Shown here: positions 37,485 through 46,332 of the stretch, in pieces
Position numbering within the stretch: position 1 is the stretch's first letter
Layout: the number at the start of each line of letters is the position of its first letter
Assembly: GCA_021166775.1 (NCBI GenBank)
Contig: JAJPEQ010000011.1
Span: 134,515-198,514, forward strand
DNA from: Comamonas sp.
GTDB lineage: Bacteria > Pseudomonadota > Gammaproteobacteria > Burkholderiales > Burkholderiaceae_C
Direction: 5' to 3'
DNA: 64,000 nucleotides
Translations under genes and position numbers: made by a program
Notes under the pieces: model-generated
What the model saw: only the letters and a program-made list of their open reading frames with translations
Databases searched by the model: none
Told to the model about the DNA's origin: nothing

Positions 37485-39728
37485 TCACAGGGCACTCTTA
37501 AAACCGGGCTGTTCTTGTCCTGGCGAATCCCACGCCAGACCGCGCGCGCAGTAGTAGTCGCGCAGCCCCTCGTAGCCGTCGCTGGTCACGTAGCGGTGCA
37601 GCCAGTCGACGTCGTCGTTCTGCCAGTCATCGCGGTGGGCCATCAGCCACTCGTAGCGGTCGCTGGGGGTGTCGAAGAAAGGTCTGCCCGGGGCCGCACC
37701 CGCAGGCCCTGCGGTTTGCGCGTGCGCGGCCTCGCCCGTGGAGGAAGGAGGGAGGGAGGAGCGTTGCGCGGCCTCCTCGGTGCAGAGCGCGTCCACGAAG
37801 GGCGCGGGGCTCTGCGGCAGGGAAAGGGTGGTGGCGTCGCTCGCCAGCGTGGGGTTCAGCTCGCGCAGCGCCAGGTCGATCTGCTGCTCGCGCAGCTTGA
37901 TGCGTGCTGCGGCGCGCTTGGCCTTGGCCATTTCCACCACCGGCGTGGGGAAGAAGGCACGGCGGCTGGCGTCAAAGCGGGCCTCGCAGACATACTCACC
38001 GCCCAGCGTGTAGATCAACACGCTACTTGCGTCGTGGATGTCGTAGCGCACGCTGACCTCGCGCCCATCCACGTCGCGGCGCATCAGCTCGGGCGCGGCG
38101 TAGGTCTGGTTGAAGAAGGTGACCTGCCCGCGCTTGGCCGTGCGCAGCACCGCGGGCATGAACATCATGCGCAGCTCAAGCTGCGAGAGCATCACCTGTT
38201 CGCCCGGCACCAGCTTCGCGGCCCAGGCCTCGGCGGGCGTCATGTGCTTGCCGTCGGCCCGCTTGGGCAGGCTGCGGTGACGATGCTCGCGGTTGTATTC
38301 ATCGACCGCCTGCGCCACCGCGTCGATGAACTGCTGCCAGGTGGGCACCTTGCTGCTCAGAGTGACCACCTCGCCGGTCTGCTCGGCACGGCGCACCGCG
38401 CGCTGCTCCTTGGCCAGCTCGGCCGCCACCTTGCGGAAGGTGCCAGCGTCTACGTCGCGGCCCTGGTAGCTGCCGAAGCGCCGCGCCAAGTTGATGCCCA
38501 ACGTCTGGTGCACCCGCTCCACCATGCCGTGGCCTTGCGGCTTGCCCGGGATGCCGGTGCGGTGGTCAATGCCCAGCCGCGCGCAGAAGCCGTCGATGGG
38601 ACAGTCCATCTGCCTGGCCGTTTCGCCCGCGCCGTTGTCGCCGTAGAGGATGGCGGGCACACCGTACAGGCCAATGCCGTGGCGCAGCGCATCGCCCACC
38701 GCGCGCACGTTTTCCGACAGGTTGACCGACCAGCCAGTGACCACGCGCGTGGCGGCGTCGATGCAGACCGTGAGCTCTGGCGCGAAAGGCGCACCGTGGT
38801 CGGGGTGGCGCACCTTGGCCTTGAGCGTGTGGCCGTCGATCAGCCAGACGTCATTGGCATTGAGGCCGCTGGGGTCGCGGTGTTTAAACGGCAGCTTGGC
38901 ATCGCGTTGCGCGCTTGGCGCGTGGCGCGACTTGATCAGCGCGATGCTGGCCTCGTGGTTCTTGCCCAGCTTGTCCAGCGCGCGGCGGGCACGGGCGTAG
39001 AGCGCGCGCCAGGTGTCGAAGTCGCGCCCCAGCTCACGGGTGACTTCCTTGGCCGCACCCGAGAGCTTGCGAAAGCGTGCATCGCGGCTGTGAAACAGCC
39101 CCAGCACTGCGGCCACGTCCTGCTCGATGTCATGCAGGCTGGCTGTAGGCACAGGCGCGGGCAATAGGCCCCACCAGCCCTGGGCGCGGTAGATGCTGAG
39201 GTAGCGCTCCAGCGTGCGGCTGCTCACCTGGTCGGCACGGGCACGCTGGTTGGCGGCGCGCGCGGCGGCCTGCACTTCGGCGCCGGCCTGGCCGCTGGCG
39301 AGCTGCAGCGCCACGATGGCGCAGGCGCGCTTGACGCCGTGCAACGGCTCCAGCTCCAGCACCAGGTTGACCAGCTGCATGCGCGCATCGGCCGTGGCTT
39401 TGTCGTTGATCGATGGCGGGCGGCGTTCAGGTTGCGGCGCCAACGGCAGATCGGTGGGCGCCGGTTGCGGCGCGGGGGGTGCAAAGGCGACCACTGGCGC
39501 GGCATCCACCTGGGTCAGTGCAATGGCACGGGCCTGAACCACGATGCGTGCGGCGATTGCGGCGCGGGTTTCTTCGGGCAGCGCAGTGCTGTCGTATTCC
39601 AGGCCGCCGCCGCTGGCGCGCCGAGGACGGCTGGGAAAGCCCAGACGCTCCAGCTTTTCGCGAGTGCGACGTTCGGTAGTGGGCATGCCCGGCATGCCCG
39701 CCAGTTCGCGTGCGGTGAGCCAAGTCAT
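37485..39728 (-). CDS. Mu-type DDE transposase (MuA-like)
   Basis: N-terminal Mu HTH (WLTARELAGMPGMP); LIDGH, YGDNG and GMVER catalytic motifs; Mu transposase C-terminal domain. Confidence 0.96.
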   Translation of the reverse strand: MTWLTARELAGMPGMPTTERRTREKLERLGFPSRPRRASGGGLEYDSTALPEETRAAIAARIVVQARAIALTQVDAAPVVAFAPPAPQPAPTDLPLAPQPERRPPSINDKATADARMQLVNLVLELEPLHGVKRACAIVALQLASGQAGAEVQAAARAANQRARADQVSSRTLERYLSIYRAQGWWGLLPAPVPTASLHDIEQDVAAVLGLFHSRDARFRKLSGAAKEVTRELGRDFDTWRALYARARRALDKLGKNHEASIALIKSRHAPSAQRDAKLPFKHRDPSGLNANDVWLIDGHTLKAKVRHPDHGAPFAPELTVCIDAATRVVTGWSVNLSENVRAVGDALRHGIGLYGVPAILYGDNGAGETARQMDCPIDGFCARLGIDHRTGIPGKPQGHGMVERVHQTLGINLARRFGSYQGRDVDAGTFRKVAAELAKEQRAVRRAEQTGEVVTLSSKVPTWQQFIDAVAQAVDEYNREHRHRSLPKRADGKHMTPAEAWAAKLVPGEQVMLSQLELRMMFMPAVLRTAKRGQVTFFNQTYAAPELMRRDVDGREVSVRYDIHDASSVLIYTLGGEYVCEARFDASRRAFFPTPVVEMAKAKRAAARIKLREQQIDLALRELNPTLASDATTLSLPQSPAPFVDALCTEEAAQRSSLPPSSTGEAAHAQTAGPAGAAPGRPFFDTPSDRYEWLMAHRDDWQNDDVDWLHRYVTSDGYEGLRDYYCARGLAWDSPGQEQPGFKSAL

Positions 39729-40027
39729 TTTTTTGTGCTCCTATCGATGGCGCTCGCGCTCTGTAATGCACGGCGACTGGGGCGCGACGGGAGACCAAGA
39801 AGGTGGCGGATAACCGCGACCTGCCCAGCCATATGCATCGCCCGACCACTTGGCCGCAATGCAATGCAAACCGCCCCGTATGAGAGGTGGTAGCGCTCCG
39901 CGAAAGCGAGAAGCGAGCCGTAGTGCTCTCGCACAAACTGGCGTGCGCTGACTTCGGCCCAAGGGTTGCTTCCAACCTGCACGACGCGAAGCCCACCATT
40001 GCGCGTAGGCTTGAGGCGCGGCTTCAT
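39725..40027 (-). CDS. Small phage DNA-binding protein
   Basis: HTH-like LAFAERYHLSYGAVCIAL; between ner and the transposase. Confidence 0.65.
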   Translation of the reverse strand: MKPRLKPTRNGGLRVVQVGSNPWAEVSARQFVREHYGSLLAFAERYHLSYGAVCIALRPSGRAMHMAGQVAVIRHLLGLPSRPSRRALQSASAIDRSTKK

Positions 40028-40257
40028 TGACCCCTCCGCTTCAGGCCGTAGTGCTTGCCCGGTTCATAACGGCCCGGCCAAATCTTGCTCACGGGCTTGT
40101 GGATCACGGCCGAGATGGCATTGGCGACGCGTCTTGATGTGGCTCGCCCATGGATCACGTTGCTCACGGTCATCCGCGATAGCCGCAGATCGTCGGCAAT
40201 CGCGGCAGGGGTCGTGCCACTCATCCGTATCTCTGCCTTGATTTGTTCAGGGTGCAT
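40024..40257 (-). CDS. ner: Ner-like transcriptional regulator
   Basis: MHPEQIKAEIR..IA..I...IWPGRY pattern of the Ner/Nlp family; divergent from the repressor. Confidence 0.88.
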   Translation of the reverse strand: MHPEQIKAEIRMSGTTPAAIADDLRLSRMTVSNVIHGRATSRRVANAISAVIHKPVSKIWPGRYEPGKHYGLKRRGQ

Positions 40258-40274
40258 TTGGGTGCTACGCTATT

Positions 40275-40335
40275 GGTTCGGAATGAAACGTTTCAGCTTG
40301 AACCGTATTCTTGGGCCAAATTGAACCGGAGTCAA
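40275..40335. promoter_or_regulatory. Lysis/lysogeny switch: operator dyad and overlapping divergent promoters
   Basis: GGTTC-N4-TGAAACGTTTCA-N4-GAACC dyad; TTGAACCG twice; leftward TTGACT-17-AAGAAT and rightward ATGAAA-17-TATTCT. Confidence 0.65.
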
Positions 40336-40340
40336 TAGGT

Positions 40341-41021
40341 ATGCCGGAAAAAAATCCTCCCGCCGCGCTGGGCGTTGCGTCTGCAGAGCGCGTGATCGAT
40401 CGTTTGAGCGAGGTGTTGGGGCCGGATTGGATGGCCCGGATGGAGGTTCAACCCGAAACGGTCAGGACATGGCGCAAGCGAGGAGAGGTGCCGATTCGCC
40501 AGCTCTTGCGCGCGGCGCAGCTATCGGGACACCTGGTTGAGTACTTCAACGGCACGATGGAAACATCTGCGGTTGCTCAGAATCGGCCCTCGGCCGACGA
40601 AGACGAATTCACCCAGATCGAGATGCTGGACGCCCGCATCAGCGCTGGTCACGGCGCGGTGAACGGAAGTCACGAGGTCATCGGCAAGTTCGCGTTTCGC
40701 ACCTCATGGTTGAGAGAGCGTGGGCTGAACAAGCGCAACGCGAAGATCGTCCGCGTGCGCGGGCGATCAATGGCCGACAGGATTAACGACGGTGACATCC
40801 TGCTCGTGAACACTGCTGTCAACACGCTCACACAGGACGCCGTCTACGTCATCGACCTGGAGGGCGAGGACTATGTGAAGCTCTTGCAACGGGATTTCAC
40901 CACTGGCGGCGTCCGGATCGTGAGCTACAACCCGGCATTCCCGACGCAGGTTCTCGAGGGCGAAGCTGCTAACAGGCTTCGAATCGTCGGCCGAGTCGTT
41001 TGGCATGGAGGAGAGCTGTGA
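40341..41021 (+). CDS. Prophage repressor (HTH + S24 peptidase)
   Basis: ETVRTWRKRGEVP; VRGRSMADRINDGD; YVKLLQ. Confidence 0.92.
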   Translation: MPEKNPPAALGVASAERVIDRLSEVLGPDWMARMEVQPETVRTWRKRGEVPIRQLLRAAQLSGHLVEYFNGTMETSAVAQNRPSADEDEFTQIEMLDARISAGHGAVNGSHEVIGKFAFRTSWLRERGLNKRNAKIVRVRGRSMADRINDGDILLVNTAVNTLTQDAVYVIDLEGEDYVKLLQRDFTTGGVRIVSYNPAFPTQVLEGEAANRLRIVGRVVWHGGEL

Positions 41022-41371
41022 TGACTGGAAAAAAGATCGTAGGGGCGACTGTTGCCTTGCTATTCGCGACGGCGGCCTATCCTGCCGACGCGGGGAAACA
41101 GGTGAAGTGGTCGTCTGCGCTGGAGCTCTGCCAGGGTGCATTGAAAATGATTGCGCGTGATCCGGAGGCGGCAAAGGTCCCAGTGGTCTATCCCATGCCG
41201 GGCGGCGCGGACTGGCGATTTTTGTGGGCACCGCACACCAAGCAGGTTCGCATGCGCAACGGGCTCGGTGTTGAAGTGGCTGTGGGTGCCTTCTGTGTGG
41301 TCGATGAAGATACCGGTCGAATCAAACTGCTGACGCTGGACGGAAAGCAGTTCGTCACCCCTGGAAGGTGA
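41021..41371 (+). CDS. Exported hypothetical protein (lysogenic-conversion candidate)
   Basis: Signal peptide, two Cys, TGATG coupling to the repressor. Confidence 0.75.
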   Translation: MTGKKIVGATVALLFATAAYPADAGKQVKWSSALELCQGALKMIARDPEAAKVPVVYPMPGGADWRFLWAPHTKQVRMRNGLGVEVAVGAFCVVDEDTGRIKLLTLDGKQFVTPGR

Positions 41372-41467
41372 CCTTACCGATAACGGGCCTGCGGCTATCC
41401 TTAGTGATGGTTGAAAGTGTGTCACTGCTGTCACGCACTAGGAAGAGCAACTGAGAAAAGAGGAACC

Positions 41468-42079
41468 ATGAAATTCAGAACCGCTTTCATGACCGCCTTG
41501 CTGGCGTTCGGTCTCACGCAGGCTTTCGCTGCTGATCCCGAATCGTTGAGCTACAAAGGGGTGCTGCTTGGCGCCTCGGTAGCCGAATTCCAGGAAAAGC
41601 TTCCCGACTACCAGTGTCGGGAAAGCCACTGCACCTTTAGCAAAGATGCTTGCAACGGTGCTCTGACCAGCGTATCCAAGGCTGTGGTGGACGCGTACAA
41701 CGCGCGTTCCGATGCTTGCAAGGAGCGGACATCTTTTGGTGGTGCCTTGGTGACGAATGGATCTGCGTCGTTTCTGGACGGGCGCTTTGCGAAGCTGGTT
41801 TTAACGATCCCGACGCCACATATGGAAGTGCTTCTGGCCGCCGTTATGCAGAGGTACGGCAACCCAACAGTGTCCAACGATGCGCCATTCGTTAACGGCC
41901 TCGGCGCGCAGTTTCCTAATTGGCAAAAGACATGGACAATCGGCGATGACCATCTGACTCTTGTGTTGCGCGGTGGAAGGCTCGATGAAGGCGGAGCCGT
42001 GTTAACCAGCGCTGAACAGGGGCAAGCTGCCGAAGACTCACAGGCAAAGAAGGTACAACAGGGCAGCAAGGACTTCTGA
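41468..42079 (+). CDS. Exported hypothetical protein (lysogenic-conversion candidate)
   Basis: GAGG RBS, Sec signal ending AFA, four Cys. Confidence 0.8.
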   Translation: MKFRTAFMTALLAFGLTQAFAADPESLSYKGVLLGASVAEFQEKLPDYQCRESHCTFSKDACNGALTSVSKAVVDAYNARSDACKERTSFGGALVTNGSASFLDGRFAKLVLTIPTPHMEVLLAAVMQRYGNPTVSNDAPFVNGLGAQFPNWQKTWTIGDDHLTLVLRGGRLDEGGAVLTSAEQGQAAEDSQAKKVQQGSKDF

Positions 42080-42134
42080 AATTTGGCGTTGCAAGCCAGA
42101 CCGTGCTACCGTAGCGCCGCATCCAATTCACCCA

Positions 42135-42182
42135 AGGCCGACCCACGTCGGCCTTAGTTTTTGATGCCCCGGCAATGACAGT
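42135..42182 (+). promoter_or_regulatory. Putative late promoter 1 (activator dyad + T-tract + weak -10)
   Basis: 28-bp exact match to 50240-50267, with conservation continuing to ACAGT. Confidence 0.75.
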
Positions 42183-42188
42183 TGCTGC

Positions 42189-42878
42189 ATGGGCATCACT
42201 GCATCTTTCCTCTTCGGCTGCGTCTGCGCGCTGGTGATCATCGCCATCGCCGAGTGGCCCGCGTTGCCGCGGGCGCGCGGCCCATGGCGCATGCGCGGCG
42301 GCGCGAGTCCGCGCCTGCTGGTGGCGGGCCTGTCGCTTTCGGCCGCAGGCTTCATCGGCCTGGTGGTGCACGAGGGCTATACCGGCCGCGCCGTCGTGCC
42401 CACGCAGGGCGACCGGTCCACTGTGGGCTTTGGCAGCACCTTCAACGAAGACGGCACGCCCGTGAAGCCTGGCGACACCACCACGCCGGTGCGCGCACTC
42501 ATCAAGGCGCAGGCGCATCTGAGTCGCGAAGAGGCGGTGTTTCGCACCAGCCTGCCTGGCGTGGCGCTGTCGCAGGGCGAATACGACCTGTACATGGACT
42601 GGCTCTATCAATACGGCTCGGGCGCCTGGTTCACTTCCGGCATGCGCCGCGAGTTACTCGCGGGCAATTACCGCGCGGCGTGCGATGCGCTGCTGGACTA
42701 CCGCAAGCTCACCAGCGGCCGAAAAGAGGGGCCGGGCTGGGTGGTCAACCGGCGCAACGCGCAGGGTCAGCCCACGCGGTGGGAATTCGACTGCTCCACA
42801 CCAGGCAACAAGGTGTGCCGGGGCGTTTGGACGCGTCAGCTCGAACGCCACAAGAAATGCATGGAGCTGCAGCAATGA
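42189..42878 (+). CDS. SAR-type endolysin (GH24 lysozyme) with an extra N-terminal hydrophobic segment
   Basis: HEG....PTQGDRSTVGFGST catalytic E/D/T pattern; alternative start at Met35 (42291). Confidence 0.9.
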   Translation: MGITASFLFGCVCALVIIAIAEWPALPRARGPWRMRGGASPRLLVAGLSLSAAGFIGLVVHEGYTGRAVVPTQGDRSTVGFGSTFNEDGTPVKPGDTTTPVRALIKAQAHLSREEAVFRTSLPGVALSQGEYDLYMDWLYQYGSGAWFTSGMRRELLAGNYRAACDALLDYRKLTSGRKEGPGWVVNRRNAQGQPTRWEFDCSTPGNKVCRGVWTRQLERHKKCMELQQ

Positions 42879-42994
42879 AGCGCGCCCTGAAGATTCTTGG
42901 CCTGGCCGTGGCCGTGGTGCTTGTTGCCGCCATGGCGGCACTCGGCTGGCTGTACGCCACGTTTTGCACCGGGCATCCCCACGGCATGTGCTGA
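42875..42994 (+). CDS. Small single-TM protein (39 aa) in the lysis cassette
   Basis: MKRALKILGLAVAVVLVAAMAALGWLYATF...; ATGA overlap with the endolysin. Confidence 0.6.
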   Translation: MKRALKILGLAVAVVLVAAMAALGWLYATFCTGHPHGMC

Positions 42995-43000
42995 TCGACC

Positions 43001-43597
43001 ATGGTCGCCCGTCTACTCATCGCCCTACTCGCCGCGCTGGCCCTGGTCAGCGGCGGCTACTGGTGGGGCAGCGCCGCCACCAACAACGCCTGGACCGCAC
43101 GCCAGGCCAAGGCAGAGCAGGCCGCGGCGCGGCGGCTTGCCAAAGAAACCGCGCGTGCCGACCAGGTCGTAGCGCGCTATCTCACCGAACACCTCGACCA
43201 GGAAGACCGCTATGCAGCTCTTGCAACTCGTTATCAAGACCTTCGTCGCCGCGCTCCTTTTGTGGTGCGCGTTCCTGTGGTGGCGTGTGCCGGATCACCC
43301 GCTGAACCTGGGCCGCCGGACGCGGCGCAGCCTGTCTCTGTTGAGCCTGCTGAGCGCCTCACTCTTGCTGCTGTCCGGATGTGGAACGGCGCCCTCACCG
43401 GTATTGATGCGCCCGCCAGTGCCTGCGGCGCTGCTGGTGCCGCCGAAGGCGCCGACGCTGCTTGTGCCCAAAGCAGCGGCCTCACCCTCGACGACGCCTG
43501 GGCCAACCACGCGGCCAACGCGCGCAGCTGCGCCGCAGACCGGCAGCGCTACCAGGCCCTGATCGATTTTTTAAACCGCCGCCAAGAACAACCATGA
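43001..43597 (+). CDS. Rz-like inner-membrane spanin
   Basis: N-terminal TM plus coiled coil; contains an embedded lipoprotein gene. Confidence 0.8.
   Translation: MVARLLIALLAALALVSGGYWWGSAATNNAWTARQAKAEQAAARRLAKETARADQVVARYLTEHLDQEDRYAALATRYQDLRRRAPFVVRVPVVACAGSPAEPGPPDAAQPVSVEPAERLTLAAVRMWNGALTGIDAPASACGAAGAAEGADAACAQSSGLTLDDAWANHAANARSCAADRQRYQALIDFLNRRQEQP
43212..43562 (+). CDS. Rz1-like outer-membrane spanin (embedded, +1 frame)
   Basis: Lipobox LLLSGC followed by a Pro-rich segment; true start uncertain. Confidence 0.7.
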   Translation: MQLLQLVIKTFVAALLLWCAFLWWRVPDHPLNLGRRTRRSLSLLSLLSASLLLLSGCGTAPSPVLMRPPVPAALLVPPKAPTLLVPKAAASPSTTPGPTTRPTRAAAPQTGSATRP

Positions 43598-43884
43598 GCG
43601 AATCGAACAACGACGCCGGGCGCCAGCAAGAGCTGCTGCTGCTGGGCCAAATCCACGGCCTGGTGCAGTCCCTGAAAGACGGGCAGAACCAGCAAAACGT
43701 GCGCATGGACCGCATGGAGGCGCGCATGGAGGAGCACTACACCGGCCTGGACACGCGCCTGCGCGAGGTGGAGAAAAAGGCCGCTGTCGCGGGTGCCCTC
43801 TCGGGCGGCGCCGTGGCGGTGGGCACCGCGCTGGTGGTGGAAGGCATCAAGCAGTTCATCCGCGGCAATGGCTTGGGCAACTGA
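43594..43884 (+). CDS. Coiled-coil protein with C-terminal TM
   Basis: 96 aa; sits before the putative small terminase. Confidence 0.7.
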   Translation: MSESNNDAGRQQELLLLGQIHGLVQSLKDGQNQQNVRMDRMEARMEEHYTGLDTRLREVEKKAAVAGALSGGAVAVGTALVVEGIKQFIRGNGLGN

Positions 43885-44381
43885 TGGCGCACGCGCAAGA
43901 AAAACGCACCCAGCTGCGTGGCCTGTATGTACACCAGCGCCTGCCGATGGAGACGGCCTGCAAAAAGACAGGCGTGCCGCGCAGCACCGCCGACCGCTGG
44001 AAGCGCGAGGCCGCGGCCGAGGGTGACGACTGGGACACGGTGCGCGCCGCCGTGGCGCTGGGCGACGAGAACTTTTCCAGCCTGAGCAAAAAGCTGCTGG
44101 AAGACTACCTGGTGCAGCACCAGGCCACGATGGACCTGCTGCGCGACGACAGGAAGATGAGCCCGCGCGAGCGCGCCGAGACGCTGGCGAGCATGAGCGA
44201 CAGCTTCAACAAGACCATGGCGAGCTTCAAGCGCCTGGCGCCCGACCTGGACCGCCAGGCGGTGCAGCTCGATGTGATCCAGCGCTTTGTGAACTTCGCC
44301 CGCGCGCGCTTTCCGCAGCACCTGCAGGCCATGGCCGAGATGCTGGAGCCCTTCGGTGAAGAGCTGGCGCGGGGGCGATGA
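43884..44381 (+). CDS. DUF1804-family protein, probable small terminase
   Basis: N-terminal HTH (RWKREA..GDDWD); directly upstream of the terminase. Confidence 0.8.
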   Translation: MAHAQEKRTQLRGLYVHQRLPMETACKKTGVPRSTADRWKREAAAEGDDWDTVRAAVALGDENFSSLSKKLLEDYLVQHQATMDLLRDDRKMSPRERAETLASMSDSFNKTMASFKRLAPDLDRQAVQLDVIQRFVNFARARFPQHLQAMAEMLEPFGEELARGR

Positions 44382-44476
44382 TGCTGATCATTGCCTTTGT
44401 CACCGGCGCGCTGTTCTACCACGGCCATTGGGGTCTGGCCCTGCTGCTGGTGTACGTGCTGCTGGACATGAGCTGA
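44378..44476 (+). CDS. Small hydrophobic protein (32 aa)
   Basis: MMLIIAFVTGALFYHGHWGLALLLVYVLLDMS; ATGA overlap. Confidence 0.5.
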   Translation: MMLIIAFVTGALFYHGHWGLALLLVYVLLDMS

Positions 44477-44479
44477 GCC

Positions 44480-46153
44480 ATGGCCAAGAACAGCAAGGAA
44501 TTCCTCGCCGGTCTGGCCGCGCTGGCGGGTGACCTGCGCCGCCAGATCGATGCCAACCTGGACGGCTGGGACGTGAGCCCCGAGGCGGTTGCCGAGCGCC
44601 GCCGCCTGGTGTGCGACCCGGTGACGGGCTACGAGGTGTGGGACCGCAACTACTTCCCGCACTACGGCCGGGCAGAGGCGAGCGAGCTGCACAAATACCT
44701 GTACAAGCGCCTGCCGGAGATCATCAACAGCCCCAGCGGCCAGCGCGACGCCATCGCCGCGCCGCGCGGCGAAGCCAAGAGCACCAAGATCAGCATGAGC
44801 TTCGTGCTGTGGTGCGTGGTGACCGGCGCCAAGTGGTACCCGGTGATCATCATGGACGCCTTCGAGCAGGCCGCCGAGATGCTCGAAGCCATCAAGGCCG
44901 AGCTGGAGGCCAACCCGCGCATCGCCGGTGACTTCCCCGAGGCAGCAGGCGCGGGCAAGGTCTGGCGCGCGGGCGTGATCGTCACGGCCAACGGCCGCAA
45001 GATCGAGGCCTTCGGCTCATCCAAGAAGATCCGCGGCCGCCGCCACGGTGCGCACCGGCCAGACTTGGCCATCTGCGACGACATCGAGAACGACGAGAAC
45101 GTCAACACGCCCGCGCAGCGCGACAAGCTGCAGGCCTTCGTCACGAAGAGCGTGCTCTCGCTCGGCCCGCCCGACGATTCGATGGACGCCATCCTGGTGG
45201 GCACGGTGCTGCACTACGACAGCGTGCTTGCGCGCTTCCTGAAGAACCCGCTGTGGAACCGCAAGGTGTTCAAGGCCGTCTTGAGCTGGCCTGACCGCAT
45301 GGATCTGTGGGAGCATTTCGAGGGCCTGCTGCTGGGGGGTGAGACACCCCAGCAGGGCGAGGCCGCCGCCATGGCGCTGTACCAGCAAAACCGCGCCGCC
45401 ATGGATGCGGGCGCGCGGGTGAGCTGGCCCGCGCTGCGCCCGCTGGTCAAGTTGATGATCCGCCGCGCGCGAGAGGGCCACGCCGCGTTTGACAGCGAGC
45501 AGCAAAACGACCCGGTGGCCGGCGACGACGCGCCGTTTGCCAACTCCATCCGCTTCTGGGTCAACCGCCTGGCCGAGTGGGTGTTCTACGGCGCCTGCGA
45601 CCCGAGCCTGGGCAAGGCCGGCAACAGCCGCGACCCCAGCGCTCTGGTGGTGGGCGGCTGGCAGCGCGAGACGGGCGTGCTCGACGTGGTCGAGGCGCAG
45701 ATCAAGAAGCGTGTGCCTGACCGCATCATCAGCGACGTGGTCGAGCTGCAGCGCGAGTACGCCTGCATCGTCTGGGGCTTCGAGTCCGTTCAATTTCAGG
45801 AGTTCTTGCGCACGGAGCTGGTCAAGCGCAGCGCCCAGCTCGGCGTGCCCGTGCCCGCCCGCGCGTTGATCCCGATCGCCGACAAGCTGCTGCGCATCGA
45901 GAGCCTGCAGCCGCACATGGCCAACGGCCTGCTGCGCCTGCACAGCAGCCAGAGCACGCTGATCGACCAGTTCCGCCACTTCCCCAAGGCCGACCACGAC
46001 GACGGGCCGGATGCCGTGCAGATGCTGTGGATGCTGTGCGTCACCGGCGGCGTGGCCGCTGCCGCCCAGGGCGGCAATGGCCCCCAGCAAAACCAGACCG
46101 CGCGCGAGCGCTACGCGCGCCAGGCGGCGCGCATGTTCAGGAGACAAAGATGA
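44480..46153 (+). CDS. Terminase large subunit
   Basis: APRGEAKST Walker A; RPDLAICDDIE; GACDPS; HDDGPD nuclease motif. Confidence 0.95.
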   Translation: MAKNSKEFLAGLAALAGDLRRQIDANLDGWDVSPEAVAERRRLVCDPVTGYEVWDRNYFPHYGRAEASELHKYLYKRLPEIINSPSGQRDAIAAPRGEAKSTKISMSFVLWCVVTGAKWYPVIIMDAFEQAAEMLEAIKAELEANPRIAGDFPEAAGAGKVWRAGVIVTANGRKIEAFGSSKKIRGRRHGAHRPDLAICDDIENDENVNTPAQRDKLQAFVTKSVLSLGPPDDSMDAILVGTVLHYDSVLARFLKNPLWNRKVFKAVLSWPDRMDLWEHFEGLLLGGETPQQGEAAAMALYQQNRAAMDAGARVSWPALRPLVKLMIRRAREGHAAFDSEQQNDPVAGDDAPFANSIRFWVNRLAEWVFYGACDPSLGKAGNSRDPSALVVGGWQRETGVLDVVEAQIKKRVPDRIISDVVELQREYACIVWGFESVQFQEFLRTELVKRSAQLGVPVPARALIPIADKLLRIESLQPHMANGLLRLHSSQSTLIDQFRHFPKADHDDGPDAVQMLWMLCVTGGVAAAAQGGNGPQQNQTARERYARQAARMFRRQR

Positions 46154-46329
46154 CCGATGAGCAAGCGACCCTGCTCGCGATCCGCCAGGTGATTGCCGAG
46201 CTGCCCGAGGATGACCGCGCGGGCGTGTGCCTGGCGGCGCTCAAGCTGCGCGAGGTGGTGGCGCTGCACAACGACCACGGCCGCCTGGCGCTGGCCCTGG
46301 TGGGCGCCGAGCACGCGGCCGAGGGTTGA
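46150..46329 (+). CDS. Hypothetical protein (59 aa)
   Basis: GGAG RBS, ATGA overlap. Confidence 0.6.
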   Translation: MTDEQATLLAIRQVIAELPEDDRAGVCLAALKLREVVALHNDHGRLALALVGAEHAAEG

Positions 46330-46332
46330 GCC

